DNA of 64,000 bases. It comes from Spirochaetia bacterium. GTDB taxonomy: Bacteria; Spirochaetota; Spirochaetia; DSM-2461. Position 1 is the first letter of the stretch. Each line of letters starts with the position of its first letter. The position numbers were made by a program, and so were the translations under genes. Where the stretch lies: the NCBI GenBank assembly GCA_963666985.2, contig CAXXIA010000002.1, forward strand, positions 576,001-640,000, written 5' to 3'. Positions 49,785-58,297 of this stretch are shown here, one piece after another. The notes under the pieces are model-generated. The model saw nothing but the letters and a program-made list of their open reading frames with translations. It was not told the origin of the DNA and did not search any database.

Positions 49785-50489
49785 GTGGATACATCACTGT
49801 TCCGGCCGCTCTCGGCCGTCAGTCTGAAAGACGAATTCATCCTGAGGATGGAAGAGCTGATCTTCGATGGAGATTTGAAGAACGGCGACAAGCTTCCCCC
49901 GGAGCGCGAGCTGGCCCGGCTGTTCGGAATCTCCCGGCCCGTGGTTCACGAAGGGATTCTGGCTTTGGAATCACGGGGATTGGTTCGAATCAGGCCGAGG
50001 CACGGAGTGGTGGTACGGGATTACCGGAGAAGCGGGACTCTGGATTTACTCCTCTCTCTCCTCAACCGGCCGGAGCACGAAATCGGGCCGTTCATCGCGC
50101 GGGATTTGGAACGGGTCCGCATCAAAATGGAACAGGATATGACGCAGCTCATTTGTGAATCGCCGAAAGACATTAAAGAAGAACTTCGGGAGCTGTCGGA
50201 AATCAACGAATCAATGAAAGGACTCGGCAATCCGGAGGAAATCGCAAGGGAGGATTACCGGTTTCACCTGGTGCTGGCTTTGGCTTCGGGAAACGCCGTT
50301 TACGCCCTCTTGATGAACACGCTGAAACCGGCGCATATGCATCTTCTCGGCCGGTTTTATCGGAATCCGTCGGTTCTGGAACGCGTAATCGCCTATCATG
50401 AAAAGTTCATAGAACTCCTTGAAAACAAACGGCTTGATGCGCTTATGGCGCTGATTGAACAAGCCGACTCCTACAAGGGTTACCTATAA
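49785..50489 (+). CDS. GntR-family regulator (FadR/FCD type)
   Basis: 'GDKLPPERELA..FGISRPVV.E' and FCD 'DYRFH..LA.ASGN'. Confidence 0.94.
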   Translation: MDTSLFRPLSAVSLKDEFILRMEELIFDGDLKNGDKLPPERELARLFGISRPVVHEGILALESRGLVRIRPRHGVVVRDYRRSGTLDLLLSLLNRPEHEIGPFIARDLERVRIKMEQDMTQLICESPKDIKEELRELSEINESMKGLGNPEEIAREDYRFHLVLALASGNAVYALLMNTLKPAHMHLLGRFYRNPSVLERVIAYHEKFIELLENKRLDALMALIEQADSYKGYL

Positions 50490-50578
50490 TCACAATTCGC
50501 CCCGGGTTACGGCACAGCGGAGAAGTCTTCCTCGGAAATCGAAATATGATACAATGCCGCCTCCGGAGGAAATTAGCG

Positions 50579-50857
50579 ATGAGCATGCATGAGGATTGTC
50601 CCGACTTCGACCCTTCGGCCGTCTACGCTCCGCAGGGTGATGCCGAAGAATTGAGGGAACTTGCCTTCGCCAAGATGCCTTACGGAAAATACGCAGGGAG
50701 ATACCTCGTGGATCTGCCGGAACAATATCTCATCTGGTTCGAGAACAAGGGTTTTCCCAACGGTCGTTTGGGAGAACAAATGGCGGCGATCCGGGAAATC
50801 CAGATGAACGGCCTGGAGCATCTGCTCCGCTCCCTTCATTCCCGTCCGAGATTCTGA
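50579..50857 (+). CDS. DUF3820-family protein
   Basis: 'MPYGKYAGRYLVDLPE.YL.WF..KGFP.G.LG...EI..NGL'; GGAGGA RBS before ATG 50579. Confidence 0.9.
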   Translation: MSMHEDCPDFDPSAVYAPQGDAEELRELAFAKMPYGKYAGRYLVDLPEQYLIWFENKGFPNGRLGEQMAAIREIQMNGLEHLLRSLHSRPRF

Positions 50858-51134
50858 CTCTCCGAACCTGATGCCGAATTGCAGGATGAACTTCAGCCGG
50901 ATTTGAACAGGCCGTCTTCTCCACGGTCCGCCAAGAGTCCATATTCTTAACCGTAATTACGGCACCGAAAAAGTCTCCGTTTCGGTTCATTAATACGTCA
51001 ATTGAGACAATTACGCCATCCATTCAATGATACCCGCCAATTCCACTTCTGTTGGTATTATAGAAATTCTCTATCATATTTCGAGCTGTTCGTTTTATTT
51101 ATTTTCACCACATAACGTTTTCATGAGATAAAAG

Positions 51135-51162
51135 TTGACTTCCCGCATAAATAACCTATAAT
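51135..51162 (+). promoter_or_regulatory. Sigma70-type promoter of the SDR gene
   Basis: TTGACT (51135-51140), 16-bp spacer, TATAAT (51157-51162). Confidence 0.65.
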
Positions 51163-51223
51163 AATTTCATTCTTTACACACGCTTATTCGGCGGAAAAGA
51201 AATCACTATTCAGGAGATGAAAA

Positions 51224-51979
51224 ATGAAATTAATTGATAAAGTTGTTTTGGTAACAGGAGCCGGATCGGGATTGGGACGCGCTTCCGCCCTTGCTTTTGC
51301 AGAGGAAGGAGCGAAAGTCGTTGCCGCCGATATCGATCAAAAGGCCGGAGAAGAAGCTTCCTCTCTTATCAACGAACGAGGCGGTCAAGCCATTTTTGTA
51401 AAAACCGATATTACGAATGAGGCAAGTGTTAAGGCTTTGATTGATACCGTTATTCAAACTTATGGGAAACTGGACTGCGCCCACAACAATGCCGGCATCA
51501 TGATCGGCGGTCCGATAATCGATATCGACGAGAAAGACTGGGACAAACTGATGAGCATTAATCTTAAGGGAACATGGCTGTGCATGAAGCATGAGCTGAT
51601 TCATATGCTGACGAATCAGGAAGGAGTCATCATTAATACCGCATCGGCGGCGGGTTTGTCGGCTTCGCCCAATACGGCCCTTTACGGTACCAGCAAATGG
51701 GGAGTAAACGGATTAACGAAATCCGCGGCCATTGAGTATGCCAGGCAGGGCATAAGGGTTAATTCCATCTGTCCCGCGGGCATGAAGGGAACAAAGATGT
51801 GGCTTGATACATTTGAACAAGATCCGGCCTTATCGGCGCAGCTTACCGAATCCGTTCCCATGGGCCGAGACACATCCCCTGAAGAGGTTGCAAAAGTCGT
51901 TGTCTGGTTATGCACGGATAATGCATCATTTATAACAGGGGTTAATATGCCGGTAGATGGAGGGATGTCCTCCCTCTGA
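51224..51979 (+). CDS. Classical SDR oxidoreductase (probably NAD-dependent)
   Basis: 'TGAGSGLG', Asp after beta-2 ('AADID'), 'NNAG' and 'YGTSK'. Confidence 0.96.
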   Translation: MKLIDKVVLVTGAGSGLGRASALAFAEEGAKVVAADIDQKAGEEASSLINERGGQAIFVKTDITNEASVKALIDTVIQTYGKLDCAHNNAGIMIGGPIIDIDEKDWDKLMSINLKGTWLCMKHELIHMLTNQEGVIINTASAAGLSASPNTALYGTSKWGVNGLTKSAAIEYARQGIRVNSICPAGMKGTKMWLDTFEQDPALSAQLTESVPMGRDTSPEEVAKVVVWLCTDNASFITGVNMPVDGGMSSL

Positions 51980-52135
51980 CGATATTCTTCACAACAAAAA
52001 GGATTATTGGGTATCTTCGTTCTAAGATCTCCCTGGAAAATCGTATGGACTTTCAAGGGAGATATCATAAAAAATACGAAGAGAATAAATAACTTCCGTC
52101 ATCTTTATGCCGTTATTCGGTGCGGGGTACACATT

Positions 52136-53044
52136 GTGATTGATAAAACAAGTTTTAAGATAATGAACGAATTGCGAAAAGACGGCCGTGCGACAAATGT
52201 CGAGATAGCGCGTAAGCTGGGAATAAATGTCGCTACCGTGGCAAAAAAAATCAATTCCATTATCGAAAAAGGGATGATCGTTATTAACGCGATGCCGGAT
52301 CCCATTATTATGGGATACAGAGTAAAAGCCCTTATCGGTCTAGAAGCCGAACCGAAACAAATTGACACCGTCTGCAGCTTCCTTCAACAAGACCCTCACG
52401 TACATATGGTCAGTTCATGTCTTGGAAGATTTGATATTCTCGCCATCGTATTCTTTGAAAACATCGTACTTCTTCAGGAATATTTAAAAAATGATCTACC
52501 GAAAATTAACGGTATCAATCATTTTGACGTTTTCTTTATGTCCGACTATAAGCGCGATTTAAACACGATGGAAGATCCCTCGGGAACAGGACAGATTCCC
52601 GCACTTGACGATCTTGATAAAAAAATCATCGCCGAACTTATCCGCAACGGAAGACCGAATTATGCCGACATGGCGGAAAAGCTGCAAACCAGCAAACCGA
52701 CGATTTCACGAAGAATAACAAATCTCCTCAAAGATAAAATCATTCAAATAATTGCTATTCCCAATTCATCTAAAATCGGTTTTACGGCGAATGCATATGT
52801 CCTGATCAAAGTACAGCCTGCGATGACCGAGGGAATCTGTGAAAAGTTAAAAACGTTTGAAGAAATACATATCATGATGCGGGTTATGCAGGGTTTTGAT
52901 ATATTCCTTGGGATTTATTCGTTTAATCTTGATACTTTGTACAAATTCCTGCACACAACGATTGGAAGCATGGACGGTATAATTAAAATCGAGACCTTTA
53001 TTTGCGGTGAATTTTTCTACTTAAAACACTGCACGCTGAGATAA
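52136..53044 (+). CDS. Tandem Lrp/AsnC regulator (two HTH+RAM units)
   Basis: 'IDKTSFKIMNELRKDGRAT..EIARKLG' and 'LDDLDKKIIAELIRNGR..YADMA', each followed by a RAM domain ('GRFDI', 'GFDI'); GTG start inferred. Confidence 0.9.
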   Translation: MIDKTSFKIMNELRKDGRATNVEIARKLGINVATVAKKINSIIEKGMIVINAMPDPIIMGYRVKALIGLEAEPKQIDTVCSFLQQDPHVHMVSSCLGRFDILAIVFFENIVLLQEYLKNDLPKINGINHFDVFFMSDYKRDLNTMEDPSGTGQIPALDDLDKKIIAELIRNGRPNYADMAEKLQTSKPTISRRITNLLKDKIIQIIAIPNSSKIGFTANAYVLIKVQPAMTEGICEKLKTFEEIHIMMRVMQGFDIFLGIYSFNLDTLYKFLHTTIGSMDGIIKIETFICGEFFYLKHCTLR

Positions 53045-53046
53045 AA

Positions 53047-53080
53047 AAGCTGTTTTTTCATAACTATAAAAAAACAGCTT
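53047..53080. terminator. Hairpin between the convergent Lrp and SnoaL genes
   Basis: aagctgtttttt…aaaaaacagctt: 12-bp inverted repeat. Confidence 0.7.
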
Positions 53081-53099
53081 ATATCCATAATCGGTAACA

Positions 53100-53771
53100 T
53101 TATAAATCTATAAAATCCGGGGGCAATGGGAGTCCGTCATAATGCCCGATCTTACCGGTATAGGGCTGATGAAAGCTTGTCGGTGCATCCGGTTTAATCA
53201 TCTCTTCTTCCTTCGTGCCCTTAACATCGCTTCCTTCAATAACAGGTTCCTCAACCCAGCCCTTATCATAGGAAGTTCTGAAAATCAGGTGCGCCCTAAA
53301 CTCAAGGAATTTCCATTGGCCGTCTTCCCGAACGAATTTTTGATTGTACTTCATGCACTGCCAGATGGCCACAACGCCTTTTTCGGGGTCTAAAAAAGTA
53401 TTCGCGCCCAAGTGCAGCCACATTCCTTTAGCGGTATTTCCATCTTCCAGAATCTGAATAACCGGGGTTGTAAGCTCATGAACGGCACAATTCCCTTCAT
53501 AATTATACAATTTGCCGAGAACTTCGATAAAAACCCGTCTTACGCCTTCAATTCCATGGAACTCACCGCTGCCGCCCAATTCGGCTTTTACACCGGGAGT
53601 TTTTTGGGCGAATAAGTCATCACAGATTTTCTCCCAATAATGCCCCAGCGCCAAATGATTGTACCTTCCGTGCAGATTCGCTATTTCCACCCAATCCCTG
53701 GCGATACGCCCGTTCTTCTCGGCTTCCTCAATTCTCTTTAATAAACTTTCATATTCCGTCGATTCAACCAT
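53100..53771 (-). CDS. NTF2/SnoaL_4-like protein (putative lyase/dehydratase)
   Basis: 'EIANLHGRY', 'HELTTPVI...DGNTAKG.W' and 'Y...FVREDGQWKF'. Confidence 0.85.
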   Translation of the reverse strand: MVESTEYESLLKRIEEAEKNGRIARDWVEIANLHGRYNHLALGHYWEKICDDLFAQKTPGVKAELGGSGEFHGIEGVRRVFIEVLGKLYNYEGNCAVHELTTPVIQILEDGNTAKGMWLHLGANTFLDPEKGVVAIWQCMKYNQKFVREDGQWKFLEFRAHLIFRTSYDKGWVEEPVIEGSDVKGTKEEEMIKPDAPTSFHQPYTGKIGHYDGLPLPPDFIDL

Positions 53772-53816
53772 ATATAAATACTCCTCATTATGTTGTTCAG
53801 CGATGGTTAACAGTCA

Positions 53817-55112
53817 TCACATAAGCTGCGGTAGAAACAAAATAATCTGCGGAAATATCATTAAGATAATGATGCAAATAATCATTGTGACGACAAAGGG
53901 CAGAACCCCTCTGAAAATCGTCTGTATCGGTACATCGATAACCCCCGCCAAAGTAAAGGCATCCAAACCGACGGGAGGAGTAACCAATCCTATTTGAACA
54001 AGCATCGTGATAATGACGCCGAACCATATGGGATCAAAACCGAGAGCCGTAACGGCGGGGAAAATAATGGGCACGGTAATAATGATGGCCGAAAGGATGT
54101 CGAGGAACATTCCCAATACGATGTACAAGATTCCTATTCCCGCCATAACGGCCATCGGCGGAATCGGAAGACTTGTTATCGATTGACTCAGCACATAGGG
54201 TAATTTACTCACGGTAAAAAACTTCATAAGGATATAAGCGCCAATCATTAAAAAGAAAACCATAGCCGCCGTTTGTCCTGTTTCCAGAAGTGATTCATAA
54301 AGAATCTTAAAAGTTAGTCGCTTCTTAATAATCGATATGATAATCACAATGAATGTACCTACGGCTCCCGCTTCCGTGGGAGTAAAAACCCCTCCGTAGA
54401 TTCCTCCGAGAATTACAATAAAAAGAAGTACGACGGGCCAGGTTTTCTTAAGGGAAACGACTTTTTCCTTAAAAGTCGTTTTGGCGCCCGCGGGGCCGGC
54501 TTCGGGATTCCGCAGAGTTATCACCGAAATGGTGATGATAAACATGATGGAAAGAATGATTCCGGGAAGAATTCCTCCGATAAACAGCTTCCCGACCGGA
54601 ACGGATGTGAGAATCCCAAATATGATAAACGCCATACTGGGAGGGATAAGAATTGACATTGTCCCGGCACAAGCTATTGAACCCGTCGCCAGTTTATCAT
54701 CGTATTTATACTTTCTCATCTCGGGGACCGCCACCTTGCCCATGGTAACAACGGCTGGAGCGCTTATACCGGTGATTGCCGCAAAAAGGGCGCACGCGAG
54801 AACCGAAGCCATGGCCAAACCGCCTCGGAAACGACCGACCCAAGCGTAAGCGCTTTCGTATAATTCGGCACCGACTCCCGTATGAAAAAGCAGGATTCCC
54901 ATGAATATAAACAAAGGGACCGCGGAGAGAGGATAGTGGGCCACCGTTGAAAAGGGAACCTGCGCAATCATGGCACAGGCGGGCTTCAATCCGATAATCA
55001 GCGCATATCCGACAAACCCGACAATGGCCATGGAAACACCGATCCACATACGGGAAAATAAAAGAATAATCAGCACAATCAAGCCGATGATTCCGAGTGT
55101 TATCGAACTCAT
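53817..55112 (-). CDS. dctM: TRAP transporter large permease
   Basis: 'AVPLFIFMG', 'ILIPPS', 'FTPTEAG', 'DPIWFG' and 'TPPVG'. Confidence 0.96.
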   Translation of the reverse strand: MSSITLGIIGLIVLIILLFSRMWIGVSMAIVGFVGYALIIGLKPACAMIAQVPFSTVAHYPLSAVPLFIFMGILLFHTGVGAELYESAYAWVGRFRGGLAMASVLACALFAAITGISAPAVVTMGKVAVPEMRKYKYDDKLATGSIACAGTMSILIPPSMAFIIFGILTSVPVGKLFIGGILPGIILSIMFIITISVITLRNPEAGPAGAKTTFKEKVVSLKKTWPVVLLFIVILGGIYGGVFTPTEAGAVGTFIVIIISIIKKRLTFKILYESLLETGQTAAMVFFLMIGAYILMKFFTVSKLPYVLSQSITSLPIPPMAVMAGIGILYIVLGMFLDILSAIIITVPIIFPAVTALGFDPIWFGVIITMLVQIGLVTPPVGLDAFTLAGVIDVPIQTIFRGVLPFVVTMIICIIILMIFPQIILFLPQLM

Positions 55113-55588
55113 GCGATATCTCCTTTTATGATTTTCCCTACCTTTTCAATAATGATGGCGATCATGGATATGCAAAGAAGAGCAAAACCGATTGTCATAA
55201 TCAGTTGAAACGGATAATGCGGTAAATTGAGCAGCGTGCTCTTTATGTGTGTGGAATGCATTGCATCCTTCAGGCTTTCAAACGTTATAAGAATCATTAT
55301 GAGCAAACCTGCCGATAAGGTGATGCAGTCCAGAACGGCCTGCACCCTTTTGGGGAAATGAGAAACAATGATATCGACACTGACATGGGAACCGGATAAG
55401 GCACACCACGATAGAGAAGGGAAAACAATAATAACAATGATAAATTCCGTTAAATCGGTAACTCCTCTAATGGGAGAATTAAAGAAATAACGCAGAAAGA
55501 CATCGACCACAGTCAATAATGTCAGGGGAAGAAGTAATGAGGATCCTGCAATGCAGAATGCTTTGCTGATGGAATTCAAACGCTTCAT
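55109..55588 (-). CDS. dctQ: TRAP transporter small permease
   Basis: 'DVFLRYFFNSPI' and 'HVSVD'; four TM helices. Confidence 0.94.
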   Translation of the reverse strand: MKRLNSISKAFCIAGSSLLLPLTLLTVVDVFLRYFFNSPIRGVTDLTEFIIVIIVFPSLSWCALSGSHVSVDIIVSHFPKRVQAVLDCITLSAGLLIMILITFESLKDAMHSTHIKSTLLNLPHYPFQLIMTIGFALLCISMIAIIIEKVGKIIKGDIA

Positions 55589-55639
55589 TTCACGTACCTT
55601 TTCATGAGAAACATTTTCTTTAAGGAATAATCATTTTCG

Positions 55640-55688
55640 AGGCACAATCCGACCGGCCGGCTTAAAACCGGACGATCATATTGTGCCT
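55640..55688 (-). other. Stem-loop just downstream of dctP
   Basis: aggcacaat…attgtgcct outer stem with an inner ccgg…ccgg pair. Confidence 0.6.
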
Positions 55689-55694
55689 ACATTA

Positions 55695-56759
55695 TCACTT
55701 ATATTCCGCAACCAATCTCAGCGCTTCATCATATACTGCCTGACCGGGAAGCCCCTTGGCCTCACAGTCGTCAATCCATTGCTGATGCACCGAATCCATA
55801 ACGAGATTTTTCCATTCTTCAATTTGAGCATCCGTCAGATTGATCATGGTATGGTTCATCTCCTTAATATGATTCATAACCTTCGGCTGCTCTTCACCGA
55901 ATTCATATTCACAGAATTTATCCAGCCAAACCTGCTTCGCATCGTAAAAGATTTCTTGAAGATCCGCGGGAAGACTGTTCAACTTTTCTTCATTCATAAT
56001 AATCGTCATAGGAAGCGCACTGATTCCGCCTTTTCCAAAAACCGTGTGATACTTCGGTATTTCAAGAACACCCCAGGCATTCAGGGCAAAAAAATGATTC
56101 AAAACACCGTCAACGAGGCCCCGTTCAAAGGACAAATACATGTCTTCAACCTTAATGTTAACCGGAGTTCCTCCGAGAGCGGTAACGGTAGCACCGGGCA
56201 TAGCTTCCGAAGTCTGAATCTTAAGACCTTTTAAATCCGCCGGTGTATAAACGGGTTTTGCAGCCGTATGAATATGGGTTCCGGGCATCATGACATACGT
56301 CATCGGCCTTACACCCTTCCATTCACCCATCATTTCGGGAAATTCCGAAAGAAGTTTCTCATAGATTTCAGTGCTTTCCAGCTGAGACGGCCAACCCATA
56401 AAGGGGAGTCCCACAACCTGATTCAGCAGAAAACCTTCCCGTCCGTCCAGAACATATTGTGCGACATCCGCGATGCCTTCCTGAACGCCGCGATACGCCT
56501 CCGTTCCTTTCAAAAGGGAACCGCCGAGATGAACGTTCATTATTATTCGGCCGTTGGACTGTTCTTCAATCCAAGCCGCCCAGTCGGCAAGAGCCTTTGC
56601 CGCGGGCATGACCGCCGGGCTGTGTCCGCTGACGGTAAACACATACACTTTGTCTTCCGCGGCTCCGGCCTCCTCGCTGCCTCCCGCATACAAGGCCGAT
56701 ACCGACAGAAGCAGAGCAATCGCGATAAATAAACTGATTTTCAACCCTTTAAATTTCAT
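55695..56759 (-). CDS. dctP: TRAP transporter substrate-binding protein
   Basis: 'EEQSNGRI...GGSL', 'DLKGLKIQ' and 'Y.SFERGLVDG'. Confidence 0.93.
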   Translation of the reverse strand: MKFKGLKISLFIAIALLLSVSALYAGGSEEAGAAEDKVYVFTVSGHSPAVMPAAKALADWAAWIEEQSNGRIIMNVHLGGSLLKGTEAYRGVQEGIADVAQYVLDGREGFLLNQVVGLPFMGWPSQLESTEIYEKLLSEFPEMMGEWKGVRPMTYVMMPGTHIHTAAKPVYTPADLKGLKIQTSEAMPGATVTALGGTPVNIKVEDMYLSFERGLVDGVLNHFFALNAWGVLEIPKYHTVFGKGGISALPMTIIMNEEKLNSLPADLQEIFYDAKQVWLDKFCEYEFGEEQPKVMNHIKEMNHTMINLTDAQIEEWKNLVMDSVHQQWIDDCEAKGLPGQAVYDEALRLVAEYK

Positions 56760-56866
56760 TCTCTTCTCCTTTTCACATTTACCTTGGACTTAATTTTCTT
56801 GATTCTTTTACGAATCGTTTTTACAACATCCAATTTTCCATCAGCATCGGAATCAGGAAATTGCAG

Positions 56867-57313
56867 TCAGCTTTCGGAATGCAGTTTTTCCAAGGCCTTC
56901 AGTCCGGCCTGAACTACCCGCGCATCCTCAAAACCCTCACGGCCGCTGGCCGCAATACCGCCGATAATGTTTCCCTCTTTATCCTTAATGGGGAAACCTC
57001 CTTCAACGGGACAAATTCTTCCGGTTTGAACAAAAGTCCCCAGATCAAAAACAAAGTCCCTGCTTATAAACTTTCCGACATCTTCCGAAGTTCCCAAACC
57101 CTTGCACTGAATCGTAGTAAAGGCTTTGTTTTCAGCCATAATTCTCGGGCCCGTGGCGGCTCCGTCCATCCGAGCGAACGCGACAAGAACCCCCGACAGA
57201 TCAACAATGGCCATTGCCATGGGCAATCCGGGTTCCGTAACCGAAGCGTACTCCAGCATGGCGTCCATCATGACGCGGGCTTCCTGCAAGTCCACAGTAT
57301 TTGCTTTTATCAT
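56867..57313 (-). CDS. GlcG/HbpS-family heme-binding protein
   Basis: 'AIVD.SG.L..F.RMDGA...A.NKAFT' and 'GGFPI...IGGIAASG...D'. Confidence 0.93.
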   Translation of the reverse strand: MIKANTVDLQEARVMMDAMLEYASVTEPGLPMAMAIVDLSGVLVAFARMDGAATGPRIMAENKAFTTIQCKGLGTSEDVGKFISRDFVFDLGTFVQTGRICPVEGGFPIKDKEGNIIGGIAASGREGFEDARVVQAGLKALEKLHSES

Positions 57314-57866
57314 TAAACATACTCCTATTCATATATATCTTTTATTATGCAACAAAATATTGCTTTTATTTATTTTTTAAGAATTCATTTTATTTTCTTC
57401 GTGCAATTCAGATCTTAAGTGCCTGTTTCCTTATCTGTCAACAAAAATAATTATTTTTTATCGAATTATTGCAACTTTCAAATGATACTTATGGAAATAT
57501 AACATTTTGTTTCATTTTTATTCTATTTCACGCATTTTAATATTATTAACAAACTGAATATTATGATTCTATCGCAACAGTTTCGAAGGGTTCTCTTTTC
57601 ATGTTCGTAAAGTATGTTTTTCGGCCTCATTCACCCGGCGGTTCGGGTACGGAGCCGATTCCGAAAGCGGCATGGGATTTTGTTCGCCTAAAATCCTTAC
57701 GGCTTATAAAAAAAAGGGAGTTGAGATATCAAGCAAGGAGCCGCCCCTCGAAACGGGGCAAAGGTTGATAAGAATCTTCAGGCTATTCTTGTATCTATGC
57801 CGATGGAAATTCGACAGACTCCAACACCTGTTTCCGTTTTGGGCGGCGGCATGAGATACTTATCCC

Positions 57867-58205
57867 ATGAAAGACAAGGAATATTATTTTTCACGGACAA
57901 CAGGTATGAAAAAGCAGGTTGTCGAAGGCGATGTGGAACGATTCATCAAGACGGGTGAAAAAATCCAGGTAGTGGAATATCATTTTCCGCCGAATAAAGT
58001 GTTCCCGGAACATATCCATGAAGAACATGAACAGATGGGATATTTGGTTTCGGGAAAAATGGGATTCGACATAGGCGGTGTAAAAAAGGATCTGTACCCC
58101 GGAGACTGGTACCGCGCGCCCATCGGCGTACCGCATCACGGCTGGACGTATGAGGAACCTTCGGTACTGCTGGATATCTTCGGGCCTCCCCGTGATGATC
58201 TTTAA
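57867..58205 (+). CDS. Cupin-domain protein
   Basis: 'PEHIHE.HEQMGY..SG', 'P.GVPH' and 'LDIFGPPRDD'. Confidence 0.92.
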   Translation: MKDKEYYFSRTTGMKKQVVEGDVERFIKTGEKIQVVEYHFPPNKVFPEHIHEEHEQMGYLVSGKMGFDIGGVKKDLYPGDWYRAPIGVPHHGWTYEEPSVLLDIFGPPRDDL

Positions 58206-58297
58206 GTATCCGAATCACAACCCGTATAATACGATTCATAAAATGGAAAGCCGAACCGCTTTGTGTTTATATTCAAAGATACAAGGAGAAACGTAAA

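Noticed and set aside
51000..57600. Calling the AT-rich block a mobile element
   Set aside because: No integrase, transposase, tRNA or flanking direct repeats were seen; it is reported only as a compositional anomaly.
57640..57705. GAAA-containing hairpin as a possible c-di-GMP-I riboswitch
   Set aside because: The GGCAAA/GACGCAAA elements and the second stem are not present.
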